64,000 bases of DNA, from positions 1 to 64,000 of the IMG/VR virus record IMGVR_UViG_3300008267_013251; one strand, 5' to 3'. Below the pieces are notes generated by a model that saw only the letters and a list, made by a program, of their open reading frames with translations, ran no database searches and was not told the DNA's origin. The stretch is from a virus. A program made the translations under genes and the position numbers. Shown here piece by piece: positions 39,550 through 48,172 of this stretch; positions within the stretch are counted from its first letter, which is position 1; each line of letters begins with the position of its first letter.

Positions 39550-41454
39550 TTAGGCAACCCTTTTTAAGAAGGTTGCCAATTTATTTCTTAATAATGGCAA
39601 GGTACCCTTTATACCCTGAATAACTGCGAAATTGCCTGCTCCAAACAACGCCTTGCCCGTTTGCTCTGAAAAAGCGTTGTGAACTCCGATACCATAAACC
39701 TTAACCCCAGCTTTTCTTGCCTTTTCAACTGCATAAGCGGTTAATTCAACGGGATTTTTACCAACCGATCCATGTGTTGGCTCACCATCCGTAATCATAA
39801 ACAATATCTTGTTTTCAACAAACGGATTTTGTGTAATAATCTTATCTGCAATTGCACACAAGTGATACCCCATAGCTGTATTGCCAGATGCCAATATTTC
39901 TGACAAAGCCTCTGTCTTGTTATAGTTATGATCTTTATACACATGGGTTTCTACATCTGTACCCGTGTTAAAACCATAAATTGAATAATCTACATCTTTT
40001 ATTTTCTTCAAAGCTTCAGCCATAATTATTGCCAAAGTTGCTGCTTCTCTCATGCTGCCAGCCATCGAGCCAGTTTGATCTAGAGCAATACTTACATGAT
40101 ATTTTTTTCTAGATACTAAATCCTTTTGATAATAAATTTTGTCATGCTCTCCAAGAAAAGTTTTGTAAAAACTATTATCGTCAAGGTCTCCAGAGTTAGT
40201 GCCGTAAGTAAAAGTTTGGTTAACATTGTTTCTAAACATAAAAGAAGTTTCTAAATCTTTAATAGATTTCTTATGTGCATGAACAATCTTCTTGTATGCT
40301 TCAATAGTTTCTGTATTTACAGCTGGAACAACAAGCTTATAGCTCAAATGTGTCAAATAGTTATCTTTGTTGTAGACTGGTGATTTCAAATGATCATCAA
40401 AAGACTTTGTCCTATCTCTAAGATTCTTGTTGTGATCGAGAGAGCTACTAATAATATTTCCGGGAATTGAAATATTGTTGTTATAAGCATCCCCACCAGT
40501 CAAAGGCCTATCTTTGGCAGAATTGTTTGTTTCTATCGTAATATCATTCAATGTGATAGTCGATTTTTGAGTTTCACTAGGCTCTAACATTTCGAGCATG
40601 TCTTGATACAAGTTGACCGCACGATCAAACTTATATTGGTCTGTAACAAATGAATTTAATCTGTCATTAAAATGTGTATCAACTTCATCGATCTTGTCTC
40701 TAAATTCTTGTGGAAAAATATAATAATCAATTTTTTCTGGACTTAATCTATTGAAACAAAGTAACTCTACAATGTCATCGAACTCAACTGATCCTTTAGC
40801 AATATTTGATACTAAATTCTCCTCTATCTTTTTCTTTTGTTGTCCAAACACCACCATTTGTTGAGTTACATAACTCAAAAAACCGGGCCATTTTGAAAAG
40901 ACTTCATTGCTTGCACCAGACTGCAAATCTGTCATAAAAATATTACGCACAGCCCAAGAATCGGAATTCTTGAACTGCAATGCTGAATCAACATGAATAC
41001 TCTTCTTAATAAAAGAACAAAGCAAGGCCTGACCATTCAACCCGTCTAGGACATCAAAATACTTCTGATCCTTGTCAATTAACTTCATATCCTCGTCCAG
41101 CAAACTATCTGGAGAGACATAAAGAACATCTGACAACAAATCATTTGTAACTTTGCCGTTACTATATTTAACGCATAGACATTTCTCGTATCCGTCTGAA
41201 CTATTTGCAGTCAAATTGATTGTTTTGTTTAGTTCCTTCAAAGTCTTATGCAAATCTTCTTCGGTCTGATGAAGGCTGTCTTTGAAATACCTATCATCAT
41301 ACCCAGAGCTTTGCCTTAAATATTCACTAGTTGATTTAATTGGGTTATAAACAGACCATGGTGTATGGCTTACTTCCGTGTTCTTTCCGTAGAAGTAAGC
41401 ATCATCATCTTCATACTCCCAACTGTCATCAAACAGATTAGTTTTGCTGCTCAT
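39550..41454 (-). CDS. VWA domain protein (CobT/NorD-like MoxR partner)
   Basis: SGDLD, DQTGSM (MIDAS-like), GNT, ITDGEP. Confidence 0.85.
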   Translation of the reverse strand: MSSKTNLFDDSWEYEDDDAYFYGKNTEVSHTPWSVYNPIKSTSEYLRQSSGYDDRYFKDSLHQTEEDLHKTLKELNKTINLTANSSDGYEKCLCVKYSNGKVTNDLLSDVLYVSPDSLLDEDMKLIDKDQKYFDVLDGLNGQALLCSFIKKSIHVDSALQFKNSDSWAVRNIFMTDLQSGASNEVFSKWPGFLSYVTQQMVVFGQQKKKIEENLVSNIAKGSVEFDDIVELLCFNRLSPEKIDYYIFPQEFRDKIDEVDTHFNDRLNSFVTDQYKFDRAVNLYQDMLEMLEPSETQKSTITLNDITIETNNSAKDRPLTGGDAYNNNISIPGNIISSSLDHNKNLRDRTKSFDDHLKSPVYNKDNYLTHLSYKLVVPAVNTETIEAYKKIVHAHKKSIKDLETSFMFRNNVNQTFTYGTNSGDLDDNSFYKTFLGEHDKIYYQKDLVSRKKYHVSIALDQTGSMAGSMREAATLAIIMAEALKKIKDVDYSIYGFNTGTDVETHVYKDHNYNKTEALSEILASGNTAMGYHLCAIADKIITQNPFVENKILFMITDGEPTHGSVGKNPVELTAYAVEKARKAGVKVYGIGVHNAFSEQTGKALFGAGNFAVIQGIKGTLPLLRNKLATFLKRVA

Positions 41455-41466
41455 AAATTCTCCTTA

Positions 41467-42558
41467 TTATGAAAGTAGTCCGAATTTGCCAACAAGCAGG
41501 GTTCTCAAATTATTCCTCTCACTCGCAGCACCACCAGCCGAACTGAAGTGGTTCAAAAGAGTAAATTGCAAAGACTTCACCCCCTGCTTTTTGAAAGCTC
41601 TTGCAGCATTCTCAAGCATTCGTGTAGAAATAGGCTTGCTGTAACTATCAACTGAATCCATCTGTGATTTGATTCTTACTTGATTTGCAATATCAACAAG
41701 TTTTTCACAAACTGATTCCTCCAAACCAGTCTTTTTATGCAAAACCAGCTTTTCTTCAATTGATGGCAAAAATTTACACTCCATAACAAGACCAAATCTA
41801 TCAGAGATTGCTTCATCAAGAGCAATCGTTCCGGTAAACTGACTGCCTTCGTTGATTGGAGCCCAGAATGTAACACCTTCAGCACAACTGATGTTCTTGC
41901 CAGCTTCCTCAAGATAAGTAGAGCGACGATGGTCAAGCAAAGGAATCAGCGTATTGATCACCAACGGAGACACACGGTTAAGCTCATCGAGAACAATAAC
42001 ACTATGTGCAGTTTCAACCATCTTAACAAAGAGACTCTCATGCCAGACAATTTCTTTAGTAACTGGATCAAATGTTCGATATCCGAACCAATCTCTAGGC
42101 TCTCGAACATTAGCACAGTCCATAATCAAACAAGGATAGTTATTTTTTGCAGCGTATTGTGTTGCAAAGCTGGTTTTGCCACAACCTGCTGGACCAACCA
42201 GTCTAATATTTAAATTGTTGACCCTGCTCATTGACTGCACAAGCCCAATAAAATTATTGCCCTCTTCTGTGATTGCAAAATACGGGTCAAGAGATGGAAT
42301 CAACTTGGATGCCTGCTCATCATACTCTGGCTCAAAGTCACTTACATCCTCTGAGTCAAATTCTGCAACTTGTGGCACCACAGCAAAAGCTTTTTCAGCC
42401 GTCACCTTTCTAAAACGACTTTTGACAGTATTGAAATATGCATTTTCGATATCATAAGCGTAGTCTGGCATTTTTACCAGATCGGCATATCGTAGATTGT
42501 GATCATTTTTAAGCTTGGATTCGATGTACAAAGCTTCTGGTGACTTCCTTCTAGACAT
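41467..42558 (-). CDS. MoxR/CobS-type AAA+ ATPase
   Basis: GPAGCGKT, LDELNR, 'LDEAISDRF', ISTR. Confidence 0.9.
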   Translation of the reverse strand: MSRRKSPEALYIESKLKNDHNLRYADLVKMPDYAYDIENAYFNTVKSRFRKVTAEKAFAVVPQVAEFDSEDVSDFEPEYDEQASKLIPSLDPYFAITEEGNNFIGLVQSMSRVNNLNIRLVGPAGCGKTSFATQYAAKNNYPCLIMDCANVREPRDWFGYRTFDPVTKEIVWHESLFVKMVETAHSVIVLDELNRVSPLVINTLIPLLDHRRSTYLEEAGKNISCAEGVTFWAPINEGSQFTGTIALDEAISDRFGLVMECKFLPSIEEKLVLHKKTGLEESVCEKLVDIANQVRIKSQMDSVDSYSKPISTRMLENAARAFKKQGVKSLQFTLLNHFSSAGGAASERNNLRTLLVGKFGLLS

Positions 42559-42589
42559 ATTATCTCCTTTATAAAATGGACCTAAGATG

Positions 42590-42619
42590 ATTGTAATATT
42601 GAGAAAAAATAGATTCGCC
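42590..42619 (-). promoter_or_regulatory. GGCGAAWC-type putative early promoter
   Basis: GGCGAA-N18-TACAAT upstream of the AAA gene. Confidence 0.55.
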
Positions 42620-42623
42620 GGTT

Positions 42624-44075
42624 TTACTTGGGGTCGGTAGACTTCGCAAGTTCAACAGACATGCGGATCAGGAAGTTGGCAAAATCACGACTACCATCTG
42701 TTGCCTTGGTAATGTGATGCGCTACTTCCTCAACCATGGTATCCATCAAAGAGTTATTACTATTCTGCGAAATATCCTCATTGATGTAAATCGTTCCGTC
42801 GAGCCAGTAACCAAATGTCATGGAAGATGCTTCCGTCAGCTGACGAAAGCAACGAAGTTCAGGTTTTGGCCGATTGTAGGTCATATCAATGCTCTCCAGC
42901 TTTTCCCAGACCCAATTAAGGGCTTGGGTAACAGCCAAGGAAGGAGCAAAAATCTTGCGACCATTCAAATCATTAGCAGTCAAAACATCCACATCAGAAA
43001 GAATATTCATTTCTTTCAAAAACTTCTGAAATCCACTCTGTGCGTTTGATAGCACGATAGGTGTGTAGCCTTTTTCCTTGCAACGATCAGCAAGAGCACT
43101 AGTGGTGATGACTGCATTCTTACCACAAACTGCAAAGAAAGCATTTTGCCATATCTGCTGTTTCTTTTGTTTATCAGAAATGCAGTAAGTCAGCGCAAAT
43201 CCATCTTGCTCCAGTTCCCAACAACTCTCATTCTTCACAAGCTTTTGAAACATCAAAGTAGGAACAGTTGGGTCTTCCGTTTGCGCCAAAGCTTGACCAC
43301 ACTCAAACTTAGCCTTCCAGTCATCGATAGTTCTGGATTCATCGATTGGCAAATCAGGGATGTTATAATCAAAAAGACTGGGAATATCAGAAGAAGTGAA
43401 CTCCCGCACCCTCACACCACGGCGGTAGATTACGGCAGTAGACTTTTTGTTACCTGAACTATCAACGCAATTTCGATTCTTTTTGAAAAGCAACTTATTT
43501 TCCATGCTTTGTGGTTCACTAAAGTGAAGAAACCACTTGCCAATTTCTTGATGAAAACGCATGACATCCATGGTAGCTGGAACAAAAATGCGAGTTGTAC
43601 CACCCTTGGCACGAACTTGATTTTCTTCCACCAACTCAACACTCATGGAGTCTGGGGACAATCCCTGCTCGTAGCAAGCATCGATTGCATTTGAAACAAA
43701 CTCACGCAGAGCCAAAGAAAGCTCATTCCAATCTTTATTGCCATAAGAAAGAGTATGATCCAATTCACGATCTTGATTGATCGTCTTGTTATCTTCAGTT
43801 TGACCAGAAATCTTAACGCACAGTTGCTGGTGAACCGCTTCTCCAGAAACACCTTTAATCTTGAGAGGCTTAGTGTAAAAGGCCAGACGAACTTTACCGC
43901 AATATACAACAGGCATCAAACCCTGACGCAAGGCAAGAGAAATGCCATGCTTTGCACCAGAGCCAAATGTGCCAATAATATTCGGATCGGTATTTTCAGA
44001 TTTAGAAGACGCACCAAAAATGGTGAAACCTTCAGTAGGACAAACGCCAACATTTTCAATCTTCAGATACTGCAT
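42624..44075 (-). CDS. GHKL-like ATP-binding protein with C-terminal zincin-like 'EEVAHH' motif
   Basis: 'IENxG...GASSK..IGTFGSGAK', 'REFVSNAID', 'G.W....IYIN...EEVAHH..ATD.SRDF'. Confidence 0.65.
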   Translation of the reverse strand: MQYLKIENVGVCPTEGFTIFGASSKSENTDPNIIGTFGSGAKHGISLALRQGLMPVVYCGKVRLAFYTKPLKIKGVSGEAVHQQLCVKISGQTEDNKTINQDRELDHTLSYGNKDWNELSLALREFVSNAIDACYEQGLSPDSMSVELVEENQVRAKGGTTRIFVPATMDVMRFHQEIGKWFLHFSEPQSMENKLLFKKNRNCVDSSGNKKSTAVIYRRGVRVREFTSSDIPSLFDYNIPDLPIDESRTIDDWKAKFECGQALAQTEDPTVPTLMFQKLVKNESCWELEQDGFALTYCISDKQKKQQIWQNAFFAVCGKNAVITTSALADRCKEKGYTPIVLSNAQSGFQKFLKEMNILSDVDVLTANDLNGRKIFAPSLAVTQALNWVWEKLESIDMTYNRPKPELRCFRQLTEASSMTFGYWLDGTIYINEDISQNSNNSLMDTMVEEVAHHITKATDGSRDFANFLIRMSVELAKSTDPK

Positions 44076-44110
44076 TATATACTCCTTTAGTGATTACTGG
44101 TTAAGGAACA

Positions 44111-44140
44111 ATACTAATCATTAGTTAAAAAAGATTCGCC
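44111..44140 (-). promoter_or_regulatory. GGCGAAWC-type putative early promoter
   Basis: GGCGAA-N18-TAGTAT upstream of AAGGAG and ATG 44075. Confidence 0.55.
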
Positions 44141-44145
44141 AGAAA

Positions 44146-44414
44146 TACCCTCAACAGGACTCGAACCTGTAACCTACAGCTTAGCATACCACTACGGTTT
44201 TCACCGCCCCATGTGGGTTCGTGGTCTGGACTGTGTCTTGACCTTCAGCATTATCTGTTCAGGTCCGTGCCGTTCAGTCTCTACACCTTCCCGTTTCCGG
44301 GCTTGGCTCGGCGTTACCAGTTAAGGATTCACCGAATTTGACACGATCCATTATAAGATTTCTCTTATAACGCTCCTTTTGAAGGCTGTTGCTCTTCCAT
44401 TGAGCTATGAGGGC
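44146..44414 (-). tRNA. trnR: tRNA-Arg(UCU), intron-containing (exons 44382-44414 and 44146-44184)
   Basis: Spliced: GCCCTCA TA GCTC AATGGAA GAGC A ACAGC CT-TCT-AA GCTGT AGGTT ACAGG TTCGAGT CCTGT TGAGGGT A. The A20 Arg determinant is present; CCA is not encoded. Confidence 0.92.
44185..44381 (-). ncRNA. group I self-splicing intron, subgroup IC3, 197 nt
   Basis: Follows exon U and ends in G. IGS GAG pairs with exon CUU. Core GTGTCAAATTCGGTGAA, AACGCCGAGCCAAG, GAAGGTGTAGAGACT, ACAGTCC closely resembles the Azoarcus tRNA intron core. Confidence 0.92.
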
Positions 44415-44433
44415 CTATCTCTTCTATTCTAGG

Positions 44434-44480
44434 TTTTCAATGTCCCTAGTCAACTTACAAATTGACTAGGGACTTGAAAA
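44434..44480 (-). terminator. hairpin overlapping the sigma70 promoter of the tRNA
   Basis: GTCCCTAGTCAA/TTGACTAGGGAC inverted repeat; on the minus strand TTGACT-N16-TAGAAT lies just before the tRNA. Confidence 0.55.
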
Positions 44481-44495
44481 CAGCATGCATATTGA

Positions 44496-44641
44496 TTACT
44501 CAATATCGGACTTAATATCAGGATGGTTGGTCTTGATGTAGTCCTTGAACGCACGGGACATGATGGTAGTCAAAGTGCGCTCTTCACGCTTGGAAATAGT
44601 CCGAAGAGCATCGTTGCGGTAGCTTGCTTCTTATCAGACAT
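44496..44641 (-). pseudogene. frameshifted ribbon-helix-helix-like regulator
   Basis: AAGGAGG-ATG gives MSDKKQATA..., which stops after 23 codons. The -1 frame encodes DALRTISKREERTLTTIMSRAFKDYIKTNHPDIKSDIE*. Confidence 0.5.
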
Positions 44642-44752
44642 CGCATCCTCCTTAAAAAAGTAAAAGAAACCGGGAGAATCGAAGTGATTCATTCCCTATG
44701 TGAACATGATACCAAACGCACGAAAAAAACACAACTCAAAATAAAAATATGC

Positions 44753-45700
44753 TTACTGATCCACAGGTTGATCAAGAGAATTCTTGCCCTTTCTCTTTAC
44801 CCTTTCTTGACTTGCGACATTGAGTAAATCTCCCACTTGTACAGAATTGATGCAAGCCATAGCTTTATCGAGACGAGGTTTACACGGGAGAAGTAGCTTC
44901 ACCATTTCAATATCATTTCGTTTGACTGCTTCCGTGAATACGCTCGTCACACCTCTGAATCCTGTTTTGACAATCGAACTTGCCAAATCTAATTTCTGCT
45001 TACTGGGCTTTCCCCATTTGTAGACACTATTGAAGTAATATTTCAAAACATCTTGTCTGAAAATATCTTTCAGATTATAATACTTAGATATAAAAACCAA
45101 ATCTTCTTCTTTGAAGTTTGTATGCACACCTATGTTGGCATGCAGAAAATTCTTTAACCAATTGTCAGTTTCTTGAATTTTCTTTGCATCCTCAAATAGT
45201 TTCACAAAATAATGAAGCAAGTACTTTCTTTTAACAATTGCCAACAAAATAGCCTCACCGTGTGCGTTGAGACGCATTTTATGAATATCCAATTTGCTGA
45301 TTACAAAACTTCGAAAATAGTCTGGTGTATCTGCAAATCCATCAAGAATTTTATTGAAAAAATCTTTGCAAAAATAAATCTCATCAGGCAAAATTTCTTG
45401 CATTTGCTTGTAATCATAACACTCAAATAAAATTGAAAAAATTTGTTCTTGCTCTCCCGTTGTCAAAAGGGAAAAGTCCTCTGCAAGAAATGTAGAAATG
45501 ATATCTTTATCACCTAAAGTACAAAGAAATTGACTTTCATCTATTCTGTCCATACTGTTAAAAGCTTGAATTCTTTTGAGATACTTGTAAATATCTTTTC
45601 TATCTTTCATATCATATTCTTTATTTCTCATGATTGAGAAAATGAGTTGTCGATAATCCCCAGTATCGAGCAAATTTGATATTTCAGTATTAGTAAACAT
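44753..45700 (-). CDS. helical repeat protein with degenerate C-terminal ankyrin repeat
   Basis: 'AVKRNDIEMVKLLL'; AGGAGG RBS. Confidence 0.6.
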   Translation of the reverse strand: MFTNTEISNLLDTGDYRQLIFSIMRNKEYDMKDRKDIYKYLKRIQAFNSMDRIDESQFLCTLGDKDIISTFLAEDFSLLTTGEQEQIFSILFECYDYKQMQEILPDEIYFCKDFFNKILDGFADTPDYFRSFVISKLDIHKMRLNAHGEAILLAIVKRKYLLHYFVKLFEDAKKIQETDNWLKNFLHANIGVHTNFKEEDLVFISKYYNLKDIFRQDVLKYYFNSVYKWGKPSKQKLDLASSIVKTGFRGVTSVFTEAVKRNDIEMVKLLLPCKPRLDKAMACINSVQVGDLLNVASQERVKRKGKNSLDQPVDQ

Positions 45701-45715
45701 ATTTCAGCCCTCCTG

Positions 45716-46093
45716 TCACTTTTTGCGTTGCAAATATTCAGCTAATTCATAGTTTTGCATTTGAACTGCTTTGAATATTGCAAAGTCTATGTTTTTTGCT
45801 CCCCTCCTGATAGCAAAATTAATTCCATCAGGCCAATTCAATTCTACTGACCGAATGAGCAAAGTGTCCACATTAGCAAATTCCATAAATGGTTCAATCT
45901 TCTTGTATTCACCAGTTTTCAGATATTCGGATATCGTCTTTTCAATACATTTTGTATCCGCACCTCTTGATGTGCAATACCGAATGAGTTTTTTTTGTCC
46001 AATGATGTCAAATTCATCATTTTCGTTTTTGATAGCGTACTCTAAAATTTTATCAAATTCGTTATTATCTAACAATTTATTGAGATTTGTCAT
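45716..46093 (-). CDS. degenerate ankyrin-repeat protein
   Basis: 'GADT', 'AIRRGAKNIDFAIFKAVQMQNYELAEYL'. Confidence 0.6.
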   Translation of the reverse strand: MTNLNKLLDNNEFDKILEYAIKNENDEFDIIGQKKLIRYCTSRGADTKCIEKTISEYLKTGEYKKIEPFMEFANVDTLLIRSVELNWPDGINFAIRRGAKNIDFAIFKAVQMQNYELAEYLQRKK

Positions 46094-46102
46094 ATTGCCT
46101 CC

Positions 46103-46306
46103 TTACCATTGAAACATTTCTACCAAATACAAGTATTCATCCTGTCCAACGACAACTTTGTAACATTCTGTATAAGGGTTATAGCCTTCTATATGGCACA
46201 CATGTTCAGTCTTTTCAGCAAACGAAAGGACTGCTTCCCAGTCTTCCACTTGATTAGAAAGAGGTTGATAAGAACCATTTTCAATCTTAACTCGAATGCA
46301 GTCCAT
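46103..46306 (-). CDS. hypothetical protein
   Basis: Start moved to MDCIRV after AAGGAG; GGCGAAAC at 46361-46368 upstream. Confidence 0.6.
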   Translation of the reverse strand: MDCIRVKIENGSYQPLSNQVEDWEAVLSFAEKTEHVCHIEGYNPYTECYKVVVGQDEYLYLVEMFQW

Positions 46307-46387
46307 TGCTCTTCTCCTTGTTGAATGAAAAGACTCTTTAAACAAGTCTTATCATAACAAGTTTCGCCATATTAATCAAATAAAAAA

Positions 46388-47575
46388 CTAACCATTTTTT
46401 ACCGCAGCAGTTCTGTTGTATCCAACAGAAACCTGTTTCCAAGTTGTTCCAGCAGCAACTGTTTGAATTGGAGATGAATAAAATTGCAGGGCAGCATTGG
46501 TTCCTATTTGGCCGGTTATGGTGGATGTGCCAAAAATAACATTTCTTCCCCAACACCAAAGACTTCCATCACTTTTTATGGCTCCTGTTGATTGTCCAAA
46601 CCCTCCACAATCAACCTGTTTCCAACTTGTTCCGGCAGATACAGTTTGAACGGGAGATGAGCGGTTAGTAATAGTATTATCCCCTAATGATCCTGTAAGG
46701 TTATACCCCCACATCCAGAGGCTTCCGTCATTCTTGATTGCCCCCGTGTGGTTGCCACCACCCATCGAAACTTGTTTCCAGCTTGTCCCTCCTGTTATTG
46801 TTTGGATCGGAGATGACTTATCAACAATTGTGTTATCTCCTAAACCACCGAAGCTGTTGCCTCCCCAAGTCCAGAGAGTTCCATCCGTCTTAATTGCTGC
46901 CGTTGAAAATCCTCCGCAAGAAACATTTAGCCAATTAGTTCCACCAGCTACTGTTTGGACAGGAGAACTACGATGAGTTCTAGTATTATCTCCAAGCTGC
47001 CCTTGGTTGTTATACCCCCATAGCCAAAGCGTACCGTCTGTTTTTATGCAAGCAGTATGATATCCACCGCAAGATATTTTGTTCCAGTTTGTACCAGCTG
47101 CTACTGTTTGTACACCAGAGCTTCTTTTTGTTACTGTATTATCTCCAAGCTCTCCATCTGCATTATATCCCCACATCCAGAGCGTTCCATCTGTCTTTAT
47201 AGCAGCACTATGGTAGTATCCAGCAGCACATGTTTTCCAAAATGTTCCAGATATAGCTGTAGTCACGGGAGAGGAATAATTAGTTACATTGTTAGTACCT
47301 AGTTGGCCGTGATTGTTATAGCCCCATACCCAGAGTGCATTGTCAGTTTTTATAGACAATGAATGATATGAGCCAAGATGAATTTCTTTCCAGTTTGTGC
47401 CAGCAGACACAGTCTGAACAGGAGAGCTTCTGCTGGTTACGGAGTTGTCCCCCAGTCCTCCTTGATAATTTCTTCCCCAAGACCAAAGAGTGCTTCCTAC
47501 AAACTGGTCGAGAAGCCAAGCGTCAGTAATAAAAACTTTTTTAACATCACCGTCAGGTCTTGAAATAAATGGCAT
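46388..47575 (-). CDS. RCC1/BLIP-II repeat beta-propeller protein
   Basis: About seven 'KTDGTLWxWGxNxxGxLGDNT...SSPVQTV.GT.WK' repeats; paralog of 1-1379. Confidence 0.92.
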   Translation of the reverse strand: MPFISRPDGDVKKVFITDAWLLDQFVGSTLWSWGRNYQGGLGDNSVTSRSSPVQTVSAGTNWKEIHLGSYHSLSIKTDNALWVWGYNNHGQLGTNNVTNYSSPVTTAISGTFWKTCAAGYYHSAAIKTDGTLWMWGYNADGELGDNTVTKRSSGVQTVAAGTNWNKISCGGYHTACIKTDGTLWLWGYNNQGQLGDNTRTHRSSPVQTVAGGTNWLNVSCGGFSTAAIKTDGTLWTWGGNSFGGLGDNTIVDKSSPIQTITGGTSWKQVSMGGGNHTGAIKNDGSLWMWGYNLTGSLGDNTITNRSSPVQTVSAGTSWKQVDCGGFGQSTGAIKSDGSLWCWGRNVIFGTSTITGQIGTNAALQFYSSPIQTVAAGTTWKQVSVGYNRTAAVKNG

Positions 47576-47616
47576 AGTGTATTTTCCTTGTATTATTATT
47601 TATTAGTATAATTACG

Positions 47617-47676
47617 AAAAAACGAGCAGCAACCTCCCACACTATGTGGCCCGCCTTCGTGAGGTTACTGCTCGTT
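47617..47676 (-). terminator. long GC-rich stem with internal hairpin and U-tract
   Basis: AACGAGCAGTAACCTC...GAGGTTGCTGCTCGTT-TTTT, enclosing CCAC-ATAGT-GTGG. Confidence 0.55.
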
Positions 47677-47696
47677 ATGTCAAATTTTAAAATAAA

Positions 47697-48068
47697 TTAG
47701 TTGTAACGGCAGCATGCATACCACATGCCGTTAGCACCTTGTGCCACACCACTATCACGGAGAGGCCTTCTGCCATAATAACAGCAATTTTGGATTGCTG
47801 CTTGGGGTGAACCGCCCATTCCCACTCCCTCATAACCACCAGTTGGGTTGCCTAGGTGGGCCATACGAAGCAGTCGTGCCATTCGGTTAGCAACACCTTG
47901 CGCTGAATACAATTCACCGTTGTCATAATAGACTGTTCCTCCTGAATTGTTAGTGTTTTGGTTGCTGTAGTTGTTACTGCTGCCTCTCTTGAAAAGCCCG
48001 AAAGGGCCTGCAAAAGACTCGGTGGCCAGAGACATGATTGCCAGAGCAGCAAAAGCAAAACGCAACAT
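47697..48068 (-). CDS. secreted Cys-rich minimal CAP-like protein of planctomycete type
   Basis: Signal peptide MLRFAFAALAIMSLATESFA; 'H.G....EGVG...A..NCCYYG......GVA.G..G.WYAC.RY'; GGAGG RBS. Confidence 0.7.
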   Translation of the reverse strand: MLRFAFAALAIMSLATESFAGPFGLFKRGSSNNYSNQNTNNSGGTVYYDNGELYSAQGVANRMARLLRMAHLGNPTGGYEGVGMGGSPQAAIQNCCYYGRRPLRDSGVAQGANGMWYACCRYN

Positions 48069-48172
48069 TATTGTACTTCCTCCGTGATTCGAATCAGATG
48101 GCGCACTCTGACTCGCTTGATTAACCCTGCGCCGGGACAACTGCATGCTACCAACAGATTTTAAAAATGCAA

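Noticed and set aside
44181-44385. Amber suppressor (CUA) reading of the spliced tRNA
   Set aside because: It would require a 6-nt anticodon loop or a broken stem; the CUU/GAG P1 pairing and A20 support Arg(UCU).
44753-47575. Eukaryotic giant-virus origin suggested by ankyrin and RCC1 repeats
   Set aside because: Shine-Dalgarno sites, sigma70 and T4-late promoters, intrinsic terminators, coupled operons and DnaE indicate a bacteriophage.
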